The notes: generated by a model not told the origin, from the letters alone. A DNA stretch of 64,000 bases from a candidate division WOR-3 bacterium (GCA_965649205.1 CBFGJV010000004.1:1-64000), one strand, 5' to 3'. Shown: positions 9,037 to 19,697, numbered from the stretch's first letter. Translations and numbers: made by a program.

Positions 9037-10592
9037 AGTTTTGCCTCCCGCAACCACTCCACATCTGCCCAGTACAGCTTGCGTATGTCGTCCAAACCGA
9101 AGCACAGCATGGCAATGCGCTCCAGCCCTCCACCCCAGGCGATCACCGGGCTGGTACAGCCCAGCGGACGGGTGACCTCCGGACGGAAAACTCCCGAACC
9201 ACACATCTCCACCCAACCCAGTCCTTCCACATAGGCAAAAACCTCTGCTGATGGTTCGGTATAGGGAAAGAACGAAGGACGAAAACGAACCTCCTTTGCA
9301 CCCATTTTGCGATAGAACTCCGCCAGAGTACCCAGTAGGGTGGCGAGATTCGCCTCTTCGTCAATAATAATCCCGTCTATCTGCACAAACTCGGGAAGGT
9401 GCGTGGCGTCTATGTTTTCCCGTCGGAAAACCCGGCCTATGGAAAAGACCTTGCGCGGCGGCTTGGGATTTTCAGCCACCGCCCGTATGGTAGCCGCAGT
9501 GGTATGCGTACGTAACACCAACTGCCTGGCTTTGTTCACATCCCACTTGTAACGCCAACCCGTAGAACCAGTGTCGCCACCGCTTTCGTGTGTCCGCGCC
9601 ACCCGCTCTACCAGTTCTGGATCGGGAAGAACGCCCACAGAAGGTTCTTTCAGATAAAAAGTATCCTGCATCTCCCGGGCCGGATGGTCCTGAGGCTGAA
9701 ACAAAGCGTCGAAATCCCAGAACGCCGTCTCTACCACCGGAGATTCGACTTCCTCAAAGCCCATCTCCAGAAATGCTCGTCTGGTCTCCTGAATTACTCT
9801 CTGCAAGGGATGTCGCTTACCAGGATAGCGAGGCGCGGTTGCGAGCTTGACATCGTAACGCTTGAACACTACCCCCTCACGCCAACGACCCGAAACCAGG
9901 AGTTCTGGTGTCAACTGGGTTACTTCCCGGGCAGGCGCTATGCCCTCTGCCTTCAACGTCACTCCCTGTTTGGTCAGTTGAACGGTACGCCGCACGCGTC
10001 GCTTTCGTCGAATAATATCGTCTCGGCCGCGCAAAAGTTGCCGGGCGGCGTCTACATCCAACTGCGGATACTTTTCCCTGAGCTCTGACACCGAAACCGG
10101 TACTCCGGGCAAAAGCAGAGAAACCAGCTGCTCATCGGCGCCAACCTCCTGACCTGCCAGAACCCTCTGCCCAGTTTCTGTCAACACCAGTAGCCCTGCT
10201 TCCCGACTGCACCACCCTTTCCGGGTCAACCACTTCACCTCTGAGCGCACATCCTCCTTACCCAACAATCGGGATAGCTCTTCTAGACTTACCGTCCCCT
10301 GAGCCCGGCCTATTGCCTCCAGCGCCCGCCGCTCCGGAAAACAGTATGACTCGCCTTTTTCCGCCACCAGAAGTATTTCCTCTTCCTCCGTTTCGTATAC
10401 GACCACCAACCCCTTATCCGCCAGCATCTTCACGCCCGCCATCACGTAAGCCTGGTCACTAACCGCGCCTTCCTTTCCTTCAGCAGCATCCGCAGCTTTT
10501 CCCACTCGCGCTACCAACTCGCTCAAGGGAACAATCTCTCCTGCTTCCAGCGCCGCAAGGACGCGAAACTCTATTTCCGGCAAAATAGTCAT
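9027..10592 (-). CDS. pheS: phenylalanine--tRNA ligase alpha subunit, long archaeal/eukaryotic type
   Basis: GKRHPL, WDFDALFQPQDHPAREMQDTF, LRTHTT, FRRENIDATHLPEF, FFPYTEPS, GLERIAM; 521 aa with long N-terminal extension. Confidence 0.95.
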   Translation of the reverse strand: MTILPEIEFRVLAALEAGEIVPLSELVARVGKAADAAEGKEGAVSDQAYVMAGVKMLADKGLVVVYETEEEEILLVAEKGESYCFPERRALEAIGRAQGTVSLEELSRLLGKEDVRSEVKWLTRKGWCSREAGLLVLTETGQRVLAGQEVGADEQLVSLLLPGVPVSVSELREKYPQLDVDAARQLLRGRDDIIRRKRRVRRTVQLTKQGVTLKAEGIAPAREVTQLTPELLVSGRWREGVVFKRYDVKLATAPRYPGKRHPLQRVIQETRRAFLEMGFEEVESPVVETAFWDFDALFQPQDHPAREMQDTFYLKEPSVGVLPDPELVERVARTHESGGDTGSTGWRYKWDVNKARQLVLRTHTTAATIRAVAENPKPPRKVFSIGRVFRRENIDATHLPEFVQIDGIIIDEEANLATLLGTLAEFYRKMGAKEVRFRPSFFPYTEPSAEVFAYVEGLGWVEMCGSGVFRPEVTRPLGCTSPVIAWGGGLERIAMLCFGLDDIRKLYWADVEWLREAKLCR

Positions 10593-10654
10593 TTGGCCGA
10601 AACTATGCCCGAACCAGCACCAAAGTCAAGACTCGCCGCTGCCGCTAGTTTTGC

Positions 10655-10682
10655 TTGACACGCCTTGGACCAACAATAACTT
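10655..10682 (+). promoter_or_regulatory. sigma70-type promoter, probably leaderless transcript
   Basis: TTGACA, 16 nt, TAACTT; ATG follows 6 nt later with no SD. Confidence 0.55.
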
Positions 10683-10688
10683 GTTTTT

Positions 10689-12068
10689 ATGCACGGAGTC
10701 GCCCTTAGAAAAATACGCCTACCCGACTTCGGTAGCCCGGAAGAACTTCCGGTAATATCCCGATCAGAATACGAATATCGTCTGGCAGAAACTAAAAAGA
10801 GAATGAAACGATGCGGCATAGACGTCCTGGTCGTCTATGGCGATAGAGAACACAGTGCCAATCTCTGCTTTCTTACCGGCTACGACCCGAGGTTCGAAGA
10901 GGCCCTGTTTCTTCTCTCCCGTACCGGTTCCGCCCTACTTCTGGTCGGCAACGAGGGATTGGGTTATGTACCCCATTCCCCTCTACCGTTAGATGTGGAG
11001 TTGTACCAAGATTTCAGCCTGCCCGGCCAGCCCCGCGACCACTCCCGCCCCCTTGCTACCATCTTGCGCAGTTTCGGACTCCGCCAGACATCCCGAGTAG
11101 GCTGCATAGGCTGGAAAACTTACGGTTCGTCAGGTATTGAATTGCCTTACTACATCGTAGAAGAATTGCGCCGGCTGGCCGGTTGTGTCTTTAGTGCCAA
11201 CGACCTCCTTACTCATCCTGCGCGGGGATTGCGGCTTTTCTGCTCGCCAGCTCAGATTGCCCTGATGGAGTATGCGGCAACCCGTACCTCGCTGGGCGTA
11301 CACCGGGCCCTATGCCGACTGCAGCCCGGCGTACGTGAGTACGAACTGGAACGAGAATTCCAGCCCGATGGACTGCCCCTTTCCTGTCATTCTATGGTGA
11401 ATTTCGGCGAAAAGGCTCGCACCGGCCTGGCCAGTCCGTCCGACCGCAAAGCCGGACTGGGCGAATCCTTCACGTTAGCATTCGGAACTTGGGGGGCTTT
11501 GACTTGCCGGGCTGGAGCTATAGCCAGCTGTGCGGATGAACTGCCGGTTTCTTTACGCGAGTTTTACCCGCAGTTTGCTGCCAATTATTTCGCTACCGTC
11601 GCATCTTGGTACGAAGCAGTGCGCGTAGGCACAACTGCCCGTAAGGTAATGCGGGCGGTGGAAGCAACGCAAGACAAACGGCTGTTCCGGCTGGCGCTCA
11701 ACCCTGGACATTCTATCGGTCTGGACGAGTGGATACATTCGCCTTTCTGTGCGGGCTCGTCGGTACGACTCAAATCGGGAATGGCTCTGCAGGCAGACCT
11801 GATACCCGTAAGCACCGGCCCCTTCTGCGTGGCCAATATGGAGGATGGCATAGTACTTGCCGACGACAAGCTACGCGCCCAGTTGCGCCGGCAGTGGCCA
11901 GAATGCTGGCAGCGCATCTGCCGCCGGCGGAAATTTGTCCGAGAAAAGCTGGGCATCGCTCTGCATCCTTCTGTTCTGCCTTTGAGCAACACCCCCGCTT
12001 TTTTCGCGCCGTATGCACTGGCACACGAGCTGGTATTTGTCCGCCGCACCCGTTCGTTCAGTCACTGA
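10689..12068 (+). CDS. M24/aminopeptidase P-like protein (creatinase N-terminal domain)
   Basis: VYGDREHSANLCFLTGYDPRFEEAL N-domain; LNPGHSIGLDEW and NMEDG in the C-domain. Confidence 0.75.
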   Translation: MHGVALRKIRLPDFGSPEELPVISRSEYEYRLAETKKRMKRCGIDVLVVYGDREHSANLCFLTGYDPRFEEALFLLSRTGSALLLVGNEGLGYVPHSPLPLDVELYQDFSLPGQPRDHSRPLATILRSFGLRQTSRVGCIGWKTYGSSGIELPYYIVEELRRLAGCVFSANDLLTHPARGLRLFCSPAQIALMEYAATRTSLGVHRALCRLQPGVREYELEREFQPDGLPLSCHSMVNFGEKARTGLASPSDRKAGLGESFTLAFGTWGALTCRAGAIASCADELPVSLREFYPQFAANYFATVASWYEAVRVGTTARKVMRAVEATQDKRLFRLALNPGHSIGLDEWIHSPFCAGSSVRLKSGMALQADLIPVSTGPFCVANMEDGIVLADDKLRAQLRRQWPECWQRICRRRKFVREKLGIALHPSVLPLSNTPAFFAPYALAHELVFVRRTRSFSH

Positions 12069-12087
12069 TTATTACTTCCAGAAAAAT

Positions 12088-12870
12088 TCAGTATAGGTCA
12101 GTACGTCGGCCGGCAAGCAGGTGGTTACGGGAAGTCACATTCTTGTTCAACGCCTCGGCTGGGTCAATTTCTGCAACAAATAGTTCCTCTGTATCGGTTC
12201 CGGCCCGGTAAAGTACCCGTCCCCCGGGAGCAACTATCTGACTACCTCCTATGAAACGTAACTCTTTCTCTCCCAGCTTTTCTCTGCCGGTACGGTCAGC
12301 CAGAATCCAGAAAACCCGGTTTTCTATGCAGCGACAAACGGTAGTGGTATGCGCATAGTCTAAAACCAGATTTGCGGGATGACAAATTATCTGAGCACCT
12401 TTCAGAGCCAGAGCTCGCGCCGCCTCCGGATATAAGTGGTCAAAACACACTAGCATGCCGATCTTCACTCCCTCCAGCTCAAAAACCGGAAAGGGCGTGT
12501 CTCCAGGTGAAAACAGGTCCGGCTCAGAGTGAAAAAGATGGGCTTTGCGATAAAGACCCACTTCTCCGGAACGGGTTACTAGAACTGACGAATTGAACAG
12601 TTGCGAACCGGCCCTTTCCGCCAGGCCGGCCACCACCGCCATATTGAGTTCCCGAGCAAGGGCCACCAGGGTTTGACAAGTGGGACCATCCGGTATCGGT
12701 TCCGCGTAGGAAAAAAGTTCTTCCCGCGAAGAGAAAATGTACCCGGTGGTACACATCTCTGGCAGCACCATCAGCTCCGCCTGGCAGTGTCGCAACGCAG
12801 CGGCGATTCGTTTGCGGTTCAGCTCCGGATCGTGAAAAGAAGGGGAAAACTGATAGAAGCCTACCCGCAT
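12088..12870 (-). CDS. nitrilase-related carbon-nitrogen hydrolase
   Basis: E-K-C triad motifs VLPEM, YRKAHLF, LVCFD; C-terminal RRTDLY. Confidence 0.9.
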   Translation of the reverse strand: MRVGFYQFSPSFHDPELNRKRIAAALRHCQAELMVLPEMCTTGYIFSSREELFSYAEPIPDGPTCQTLVALARELNMAVVAGLAERAGSQLFNSSVLVTRSGEVGLYRKAHLFHSEPDLFSPGDTPFPVFELEGVKIGMLVCFDHLYPEAARALALKGAQIICHPANLVLDYAHTTTVCRCIENRVFWILADRTGREKLGEKELRFIGGSQIVAPGGRVLYRAGTDTEELFVAEIDPAEALNKNVTSRNHLLAGRRTDLY

Positions 12871-12885
12871 ACTGTCAATTTCTCT

Positions 12886-13737
12886 CTATGTCCTAGGTTT
12901 AAAACCTTCTCCCAGTACTTCATACACATCTGTAATGGCAATAAATGCACGGGGGTCTATCTCGCGCACCAGGTCTCGGATGGGCCCCACTTCTCTGCGC
13001 GCCATAACGCAGTAAACCATAGGTCGGAAGCTTTCCGTGTAGGCTCCAATACCGGAAAGCAAGGTGGCTCCCCGGTTCATCTTGGTATTGATGGCTTTGG
13101 CTATCTCCGGGCCGCGGTCAGAAATGATGAACATCGCCCGAGTATAGCTTAACCCCTCCAGCACCAGATCAATCGCCCGGGTGGAAAGGTACAGGTTGAC
13201 AAAACCGTAAAGAGCTAGCTCAATACTGCCAAAGGCAAGCCCGGCCAGAGAAATCACTATCGCGTCGGCAATAAGGATAGCAGTACCGGTAGAGAGATTG
13301 GTAGAGCGAGCTAACACCTGCCCTACAATATCCGTGCCGCCAGTAGAACCTCCACCCCGAAAAACCAGCCCCAGACCCGCACCCAGCATTATGCCGCCGA
13401 AGATCGCCGCCAACAGTGAATTCTCAGTCGCCGACTTTACCGGCACCGCGTAGGTAAAGAAATCAATCAGACCGGAGGATATGGTAAGTCCCAAAACCGA
13501 CTTAATGCCATAGCCCTTGCCCAGAGTACGTACACCAATGATAAAAAGCGGTATGTTGAGAAGTACTATCACCAATCCCACGGGCGTACGGAAGAAATGA
13601 TTGACAATCATAGAGATGCCGCCGACCCCTCCCGGCACTACCTGATGGGGTATAAGGAACAAATCGTAAGCCAGACCGATGACCGCCGACCCGGCGGCGA
13701 TAAGACCAAGGTCGCGCAAAAATCTTCTCGCCCGCAT
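12886..13737 (-). CDS. YitT family membrane protein (DUF2179 C-terminus)
   Basis: PGGVGG, LNIPLF, GGSTGGTDI, RGAT, IDPRAF...EVLGEGF. Confidence 0.9.
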   Translation of the reverse strand: MRARRFLRDLGLIAAGSAVIGLAYDLFLIPHQVVPGGVGGISMIVNHFFRTPVGLVIVLLNIPLFIIGVRTLGKGYGIKSVLGLTISSGLIDFFTYAVPVKSATENSLLAAIFGGIMLGAGLGLVFRGGGSTGGTDIVGQVLARSTNLSTGTAILIADAIVISLAGLAFGSIELALYGFVNLYLSTRAIDLVLEGLSYTRAMFIISDRGPEIAKAINTKMNRGATLLSGIGAYTESFRPMVYCVMARREVGPIRDLVREIDPRAFIAITDVYEVLGEGFKPRT

Positions 13738-13838
13738 GGTTACGGTCGAGTCTATATCCAGCCAGCCCGACTGTCAAAACTGCACTTTCTTTACTTCCGT
13801 TGCTTGACTTCCGCTTCAGAGCGGATTGAATTAGCCAG

Positions 13839-15443
13839 ATGCGCTCCACCATTCTTCTTCCCCGCCCATCAGTTCTTCTCGGCGTCCTGTACTTTTTCCT
13901 TGTCCTCACACTGGCTCAGTCGTCCGAATGTCTCCAAGTTTGTTCGCCCACTCATCCGCCCAGCCGGTCAGGCGACTATCTGCTTACCCAATTACCCGAT
14001 CACTTTCCCGCCTCTTTCCCTTGCTTTCCTTCGATTTGCATAGACACTCTACCTGTAAGCTGCTTCGATGCCGCAACCGACATCAAGGGGAATATTTGGT
14101 GCGCCACAGCCGGACCGGACTCGTCTCTCCACCTTTACCGTTCCGCCCATCTGGGTCGCATCTGGCATAAGTTGCTGGAATTTCCCTTGGGAGCCGGAGT
14201 CCGCAAACTGCAAGTAGTGTGTGCACCGACCGAAACTTCTTTCGTCTATGTATTTGCTCTGACTGAAACTGATGCCGGTGACCTGTTGCTGCTGCGCTGG
14301 AAAACAGGAGACTCCGCGCAACTGCTTTCTGTGGCAACTGGGCCCGACACTATTGACGATTTCTCCGCCTGCTGCGACCGGGATTCCCGACACTATCTTT
14401 ACTGTCTCTACGCAAATGAACGGCGTAGCGGTCGAAACGCCACCTTCACCCGTTCTCGCACCTCCGGCACCAGCTGGGAACCGGGCCAGGCCTGGTGGAA
14501 CTGCTGGGACCCTTGTGTCGTTTTCGGCGGTGGCTCCACTATTCACTGCGCCTGGCGTTACGCCGGCACCGGCAGGGAAATACACTTCCAGTCCAGCGGC
14601 CACTACGGCCGACTGGGAACCTGGGGTCAGGTACGAGTTGTGAGCGGCCAACACCACAAGTGCTGGGACCCGGTAATTGCGGTTGCAGACACAGGCAAGG
14701 AATGGCACGCAACCGTATGGGTATGTTACACTGCCGCGGAACGGGATACTTTTAGACAGTACATCGGCCGGGCTGTAAGCCGGGACGGTGGCATAACTTG
14801 GAGCATACAACCCGGCAGAGGAAATGCGGAACTGGACGAGTGGACCCCGGACCTGAAGGCATTCCCTGGTTCTGCGGCTGGATACGTATATCTGTGCTAC
14901 AACTCCGGCGGCAAAGGACGTTACGACAATACCACAGTGCGATTCACCGCTGCCAACGCTTATCTTCCTGACCGTTGGGCAAAACCCCTGGCTCTGAACG
15001 ACCTGCGGGCCAGTGCCCGTCTGGAAGGATGTACCCCCAAGGTAGTATGTCCGCTCGGCGCCCCCCGTCAATGGGCCGCTGTTATCTACAGTCGAGAAGC
15101 GGATACTCTCGGCGCAGGTATCTACTTCCACGCCAGCTGGTGGCAGGACAGCCTGCCCGATTCGGCCGCAGAGCCACCCCCGAAAACAGAACGAGAAAAG
15201 CATATGCGCACTGAGCCCAATCCGTTTCGCACTGCTGTCCATATTTACCTGCCCCAATCGGTTGCTGAACTGCGGATATACAACGCCTCCGGCCGTCTGG
15301 TCCGCGTACTGCCTGTCTCTCTACCTTCCGGCGCAATTTGGGATGGCAGAGACAATGAAGGTCGCATCCTTTCCCCGGGCATTTATCTTGTGACAGCCCC
15401 GGGAGTATCGGTAGCTCGGATTCTTAAACTGGAGGACAGATGA
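13839..15443 (+). CDS. secreted BNR/Asp-box beta-propeller protein with T9SS/FlgD-like C-terminus
   Basis: Signal peptide; Asp-box-like RSAHLGRIW, RSRTSGTSW, SRDGGITW; PNPF...IYNASGRLVR...WDGRDNEG...PGIY tail. Confidence 0.7.
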   Translation: MRSTILLPRPSVLLGVLYFFLVLTLAQSSECLQVCSPTHPPSRSGDYLLTQLPDHFPASFPCFPSICIDTLPVSCFDAATDIKGNIWCATAGPDSSLHLYRSAHLGRIWHKLLEFPLGAGVRKLQVVCAPTETSFVYVFALTETDAGDLLLLRWKTGDSAQLLSVATGPDTIDDFSACCDRDSRHYLYCLYANERRSGRNATFTRSRTSGTSWEPGQAWWNCWDPCVVFGGGSTIHCAWRYAGTGREIHFQSSGHYGRLGTWGQVRVVSGQHHKCWDPVIAVADTGKEWHATVWVCYTAAERDTFRQYIGRAVSRDGGITWSIQPGRGNAELDEWTPDLKAFPGSAAGYVYLCYNSGGKGRYDNTTVRFTAANAYLPDRWAKPLALNDLRASARLEGCTPKVVCPLGAPRQWAAVIYSREADTLGAGIYFHASWWQDSLPDSAAEPPPKTEREKHMRTEPNPFRTAVHIYLPQSVAELRIYNASGRLVRVLPVSLPSGAIWDGRDNEGRILSPGIYLVTAPGVSVARILKLEDR

Positions 15444-16042
15444 AATACCTGCTATTTTGTGGAATCGTGACATTATTGATGCTGGCAGGCTGCGAGGGAA
15501 TGCTTCCCCGGTCGGATGATTTTGAACCTACCGGGTCCGAGTTCAACCTGAACAACAATCTGCTCCTTGTCTCCCTTACCGGTATGGACGAGGGTTTTCC
15601 CTCTACCGGCACCTACCCTTTGCTTGTTAGGCTCAAGTCGCGCAACCAGAACTACATTACCGATACGCTTCCAGCCGGACTGCTTTTCCGTTCGGTAAAA
15701 CGGCGGGTACAGCATGTTATCTGTCTCAAACCACACATAGTAGCGGCGGGCCCGACAGAACAGGAACTGATGATTGGTGTGTTCTGCTGTAATGAACGGC
15801 GGGAAATGCCCCGTTCCGCCGACACCTTTGAACTGGGGCCCCTCACCAATAACCCGGGATTGCAGGAAATTGTTAACCTTATACGCAACAAAGATATTTC
15901 TGAGAAGCTGTGGCTAGTGCAGCGGGCGGTGTGGATGGTGACCGACTCAACCGGTCTCACTCCGGCCTACCGGGATTCCCTGTCCGCTCTGCCCGAGGGT
16001 ATAAACAACTTTCCCCTGGCCGCAAATATAATCTGGAGGTAA
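15440..16042 (+). CDS. hypothetical lipoprotein
   Basis: Lipobox LAGC; ATGA overlap with the upstream gene; GGAGG RBS. Confidence 0.7.
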   Translation: MKYLLFCGIVTLLMLAGCEGMLPRSDDFEPTGSEFNLNNNLLLVSLTGMDEGFPSTGTYPLLVRLKSRNQNYITDTLPAGLLFRSVKRRVQHVICLKPHIVAAGPTEQELMIGVFCCNERREMPRSADTFELGPLTNNPGLQEIVNLIRNKDISEKLWLVQRAVWMVTDSTGLTPAYRDSLSALPEGINNFPLAANIIWR

Positions 16043-16045
16043 ATA

Positions 16046-18661
16046 GTGAAAAAACGCAACCGCACCTCTCTGGCCTCGCGTCTGGAAGTACAACCGGAAA
16101 ACCTGTGCTGGGAATGCCCCCGCCGCCTGCTCCGTTTTCGCAGCACTGCAGACATAGAGATTGCCACACCCGCCAGTGCACACGCTGTAAGTATAGTTGG
16201 TCAGCGCCGCGCCATAGACGCTCTCCGCCTCGGTATGGAAATAGACGCAAGCGGCTACAACATTTTTGTGACCGGCCCGGCCGGTACCGGTCGCACCACT
16301 ACGGTAGCCCAGCTGTTGGAAAAATACCGCTCCCAGCCGCGGGAACTAGATGACAAGTGCTATGTCAACAACTTCAAAGACCCAGACCAGCCGCACCTCA
16401 TCCGCCTGCGACCCGGCCAAGGGCATGCCTTTCGCCGGGATATGGACGAGCTGATTGAGTATCTGGTCAAGAACATTCCCGGGCAGTTCGAGGACGAACG
16501 TTACCAGCGCAAGCGGAACGAAATCGTAGAACGTTTCAAGGAAAAAGGAGCGGCGCGGGTGCGCGAGTTCGAAAAAAGGGTGGCCAGCGAAGGATTTGCC
16601 CTGGTACAGTCTGCCCCCTACGCGCCGCCCGAACTTGCCCCCATCGTGGAAAAACAGCCGGTAAGCATAGAATCTCTGGCCGCTCTGGTGGAAGAAGGAA
16701 AGCTGTCCGCAGAACAGGCGGAAGATATGAAGGCCCGTTATCGCAACCTGGCCGAAGAACTGTCTGCCGTATTCAAAGAAATAAAAGAACAGGAAAGACA
16801 GGCGCGTGCCGCGCTGGCCGAACTGGACCGCAACATCGTAGAGCCGCTACTGCGGGAACGTTTGGAAGAAATCGCCAACCGTTATCAGGCCCGGCCCTCT
16901 TCCCGGTTTGATTCGGAAAAGGACAAGCTGCTTTCCCAAACCGGCGCCCACGGAAAACCGGACGGCATCCGGGAGTATCTGAACGAAGTAAAAGAATCCA
17001 TTCTCTCCCGCATCCATCTGTTTCGCGACAAACCCCGAGAAACAGAAACGACCGGCGTTGACCCCTATCTGGAATACAGGGTCAACGTGCTGGTCGACAA
17101 CAGCGAAACCAGCGGCGCGCCGGTTGTATTCGAAACCAACCCGAATTACCGCAATCTATTTGGCGGCATCGAACGCACACTGGACCGCACTGGTCAGTGG
17201 AGAAGCGACTTCACCAAGATAAAGGCCGGTTCCATCCTGCGTGCCGACCGGGGCTTTCTGGTTCTCAATGCCTTAGATGTTCTGGCCGAACCGGGGGTAT
17301 GGCCTGCCTTGAAACGCACCCTGCGCAACCGCCGGCTGGAAATAGGTTCTTTCGACCCGTTCTTTTCTCTACTGTCCACTTCCACCCTGAAACCGGAAAG
17401 AATCGCCATAGACCTCAAGGTAATAATCATCGGCGACCCTTGGGTTTACGCTCTACTCTCGGCTTATGATGAAGAGTTCAAGAAGATCTTCAAAGTACGG
17501 GCCGACTTTGACTGGGTGATGAACCTTAGCGATGAGGCCATAGATCAGTACTGTCGGGTGGTCAAGTCAATATGCGACTCCGAGAAACTGCTTCCCTTCG
17601 ACCGCACTGGCATAGCCCGCGTAGTGGAGCACGGCGTACGGCTCGCGGGCAGGCAGAATAAGATATCCACCCGCTTCAATGTAATCAGCGACGTGCTGAA
17701 GGAAGCTAGCTTCTGGGCCAGTCAAGCTGGCGCCAAGTCGGTGCGCGCCGAACATGTCGAACAGGCAATAGAGGCCCAGCGCGACCGCGCCCGTCTCCAA
17801 GAAGAGAAAACTCAGGAGCTGATTGACCAGGGTACCATCTTCATTGATACCACCGGTGCCCGGGTAGGACAGATAAACGGGCTGGCAGTTTACGACAGTG
17901 CGGCGCAACCAGTCCAACTGCTACCAGGCGAAGCCGGAGACCTGGAACATTTCTTTGGTAAACCTACGCGCATCACGGCCCGCGCTGGAGTCGGTTCGGC
18001 TGGTATCATCAACATAGAAAGAGAAGCGCAACTATCCGGCCCTATCCACGACAAAGGCGTATACATCATAGCCGGCTTCCTCCGCAGCCGATTTGCCCAA
18101 TCCCAGCCCATCATAATGTCTGCCTCCATCACTTTTGAACAATCCTACGGTGGAATTGACGGTGACTCTGCTTCCTCCACAGAAATATACGCCCTGCTTT
18201 CTGACTTGTCTGGTCTGCCAATCCGGCAGGACCTGGCTGTGACCGGATCAGTAAACCAGCACGGACAGATACAACCCATCGGCGGCGTAAACCAGAAGAT
18301 AGAGGGTTTCTTTGCCACCTGCCGTGCGCGGGGACTTACCGGTACTCAGGGAGTAATAATCCCCAAGGCCAACCTTCCGGAACTAATCCTGCGGCGAGAA
18401 GTGGTAGAAGCGGTGAAAAAGGGCAAATTCCACATTTACGCCGTGGAAACTGTAGAACAGGGTATAGAGCTGCTCACCGGCGTGCCCGCGGGCGAACCAG
18501 ACCGCGCCGGCAACTATCCTGCGGACACAGTATACGGCCGGGTACAGAAAAGACTTACCGAACTAGCCAGAATTCACCGCGACTTCGGCAATGGCCGCGA
18601 AAACGATAAAAAAGAAAAAAAGAAGCAGCCGGCCGGCCTGCGACGTAACCGCCGGCGCTGA
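16046..18661 (+). CDS. Lon-like AAA protease (LonC/AAA_32 type)
   Basis: IVGQRRA, GPAGTGRTT, DGDSASS catalytic Ser, GGVNQKIEGF Lys; GTG start with GGAGGT RBS. Confidence 0.9.
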   Translation: MKKRNRTSLASRLEVQPENLCWECPRRLLRFRSTADIEIATPASAHAVSIVGQRRAIDALRLGMEIDASGYNIFVTGPAGTGRTTTVAQLLEKYRSQPRELDDKCYVNNFKDPDQPHLIRLRPGQGHAFRRDMDELIEYLVKNIPGQFEDERYQRKRNEIVERFKEKGAARVREFEKRVASEGFALVQSAPYAPPELAPIVEKQPVSIESLAALVEEGKLSAEQAEDMKARYRNLAEELSAVFKEIKEQERQARAALAELDRNIVEPLLRERLEEIANRYQARPSSRFDSEKDKLLSQTGAHGKPDGIREYLNEVKESILSRIHLFRDKPRETETTGVDPYLEYRVNVLVDNSETSGAPVVFETNPNYRNLFGGIERTLDRTGQWRSDFTKIKAGSILRADRGFLVLNALDVLAEPGVWPALKRTLRNRRLEIGSFDPFFSLLSTSTLKPERIAIDLKVIIIGDPWVYALLSAYDEEFKKIFKVRADFDWVMNLSDEAIDQYCRVVKSICDSEKLLPFDRTGIARVVEHGVRLAGRQNKISTRFNVISDVLKEASFWASQAGAKSVRAEHVEQAIEAQRDRARLQEEKTQELIDQGTIFIDTTGARVGQINGLAVYDSAAQPVQLLPGEAGDLEHFFGKPTRITARAGVGSAGIINIEREAQLSGPIHDKGVYIIAGFLRSRFAQSQPIIMSASITFEQSYGGIDGDSASSTEIYALLSDLSGLPIRQDLAVTGSVNQHGQIQPIGGVNQKIEGFFATCRARGLTGTQGVIIPKANLPELILRREVVEAVKKGKFHIYAVETVEQGIELLTGVPAGEPDRAGNYPADTVYGRVQKRLTELARIHRDFGNGRENDKKEKKKQPAGLRRNRRR

Positions 18662-18700
18662 CTTAAAAGTAGAGGCAAAAAGGTAGGCTGAGAGCTAGGC

Positions 18701-19345
18701 CTACTCCCTGTCCTTTTCCTCTCCTCTTACCTTACGACTGCCCCGGGCCAGATTCATATTCTCCGGCCGGATGACTCCGCCTGACACCACTAAACGCAGC
18801 CCCTCGTCAATACTCAAATCGGTCTCGACAATTTCTTCAATTGGCACAAGAGCCAGCCAGCCGGAAGTAGGATTGGGAGCTGTGGGAAAAAACACAAAAA
18901 CCGCCTTTTTCCCATTTCTCAGCTCGAACTGTTCATCCGAAGTCAAAAATCCTACCGCGTAAATGCCGGGCCGGGGATACTCTGCAAGCACCGTGCGGCG
19001 CAGAGAACTCCGTTTCACAAAAACTGCTTCTGTCATCTCCCGAGCCGAACCGTAGATGGAACGCACAAAGGGCAGACGCCGCAATATGGCATCTATCCTC
19101 GCCAGAAACCATCTGCCGGCCAGACCAGAAGCCAAAGCACCCACAGCCAGCACCAGCAACAAAACCAGGCCAAAACCGGAAAGAGTCAACAGCCAGTCTG
19201 GCAACCGGGCCAGAAATCCGTGCCGCAGGAGAGGCTGAAAGATACTCCCCAATCGGGACACAAGAAACCAGAACACAAAAACGGTGAAACCCACAGGCAA
19301 AATGGTAGCCAAGCCGGAAATAAAGTAGCGGCGCAGCCGATTCAT
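18701..19345 (-). CDS. DUF502 membrane protein
   Basis: LRRYFISGL, LPFVRSIY, EYPRPG, FPTAPNPTSGW; ATG 19345 preferred because a promoter lies just upstream. Confidence 0.88.
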   Translation of the reverse strand: MNRLRRYFISGLATILPVGFTVFVFWFLVSRLGSIFQPLLRHGFLARLPDWLLTLSGFGLVLLLVLAVGALASGLAGRWFLARIDAILRRLPFVRSIYGSAREMTEAVFVKRSSLRRTVLAEYPRPGIYAVGFLTSDEQFELRNGKKAVFVFFPTAPNPTSGWLALVPIEEIVETDLSIDEGLRLVVSGGVIRPENMNLARGSRKVRGEEKDRE

Positions 19346-19697
19346 GACCCCTAATCTAACACCAGACACAAACCGACGTCAAGGCTGACCGCGCACCACT
19401 GTCGCATAGTAGAACTTCTGCCATGATAGCTGCGTTGGGATTATCCTCTCCTGTTTCTCCTCTCTCTCACTCCCGAAGTTATTCGGGCCTGCTTGCGCCC
19501 TTTGGTCCTCAAATCCTTCCCCTACTCCGCAAGCTTCTCGCCTCCAATCTGTTTTTCCCGCTGTCCGCTTCCTTTAGTTTCTACCTTAGCCCATATCAGA
19601 ATAACCAGCTCCCCGTGTTATCTCTCCTCCCGAATACCGGAACCGGACCTCCCCCGCCCACATAACCCCAAACCTGCTACCTCGCCCCCCTGCCAGA

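Noticed and set aside
9037..9216. N-terminal extension of PheT in the ORF track (likewise for pdxA, glnA, msrA, msrB, ybeY, GT2 and the Kelch protein)
   Set aside because: These extensions overlap neighbouring genes or promoters; downstream starts with SD or promoter support fit the families better.
14049..15257. 402-aa minus-strand ORF and similar long antisense ORFs (e.g. 24540..25367, 36433..37185, 62127..63050)
   Set aside because: They lie wholly opposite well-supported genes and show no motifs; these are shadow ORFs.
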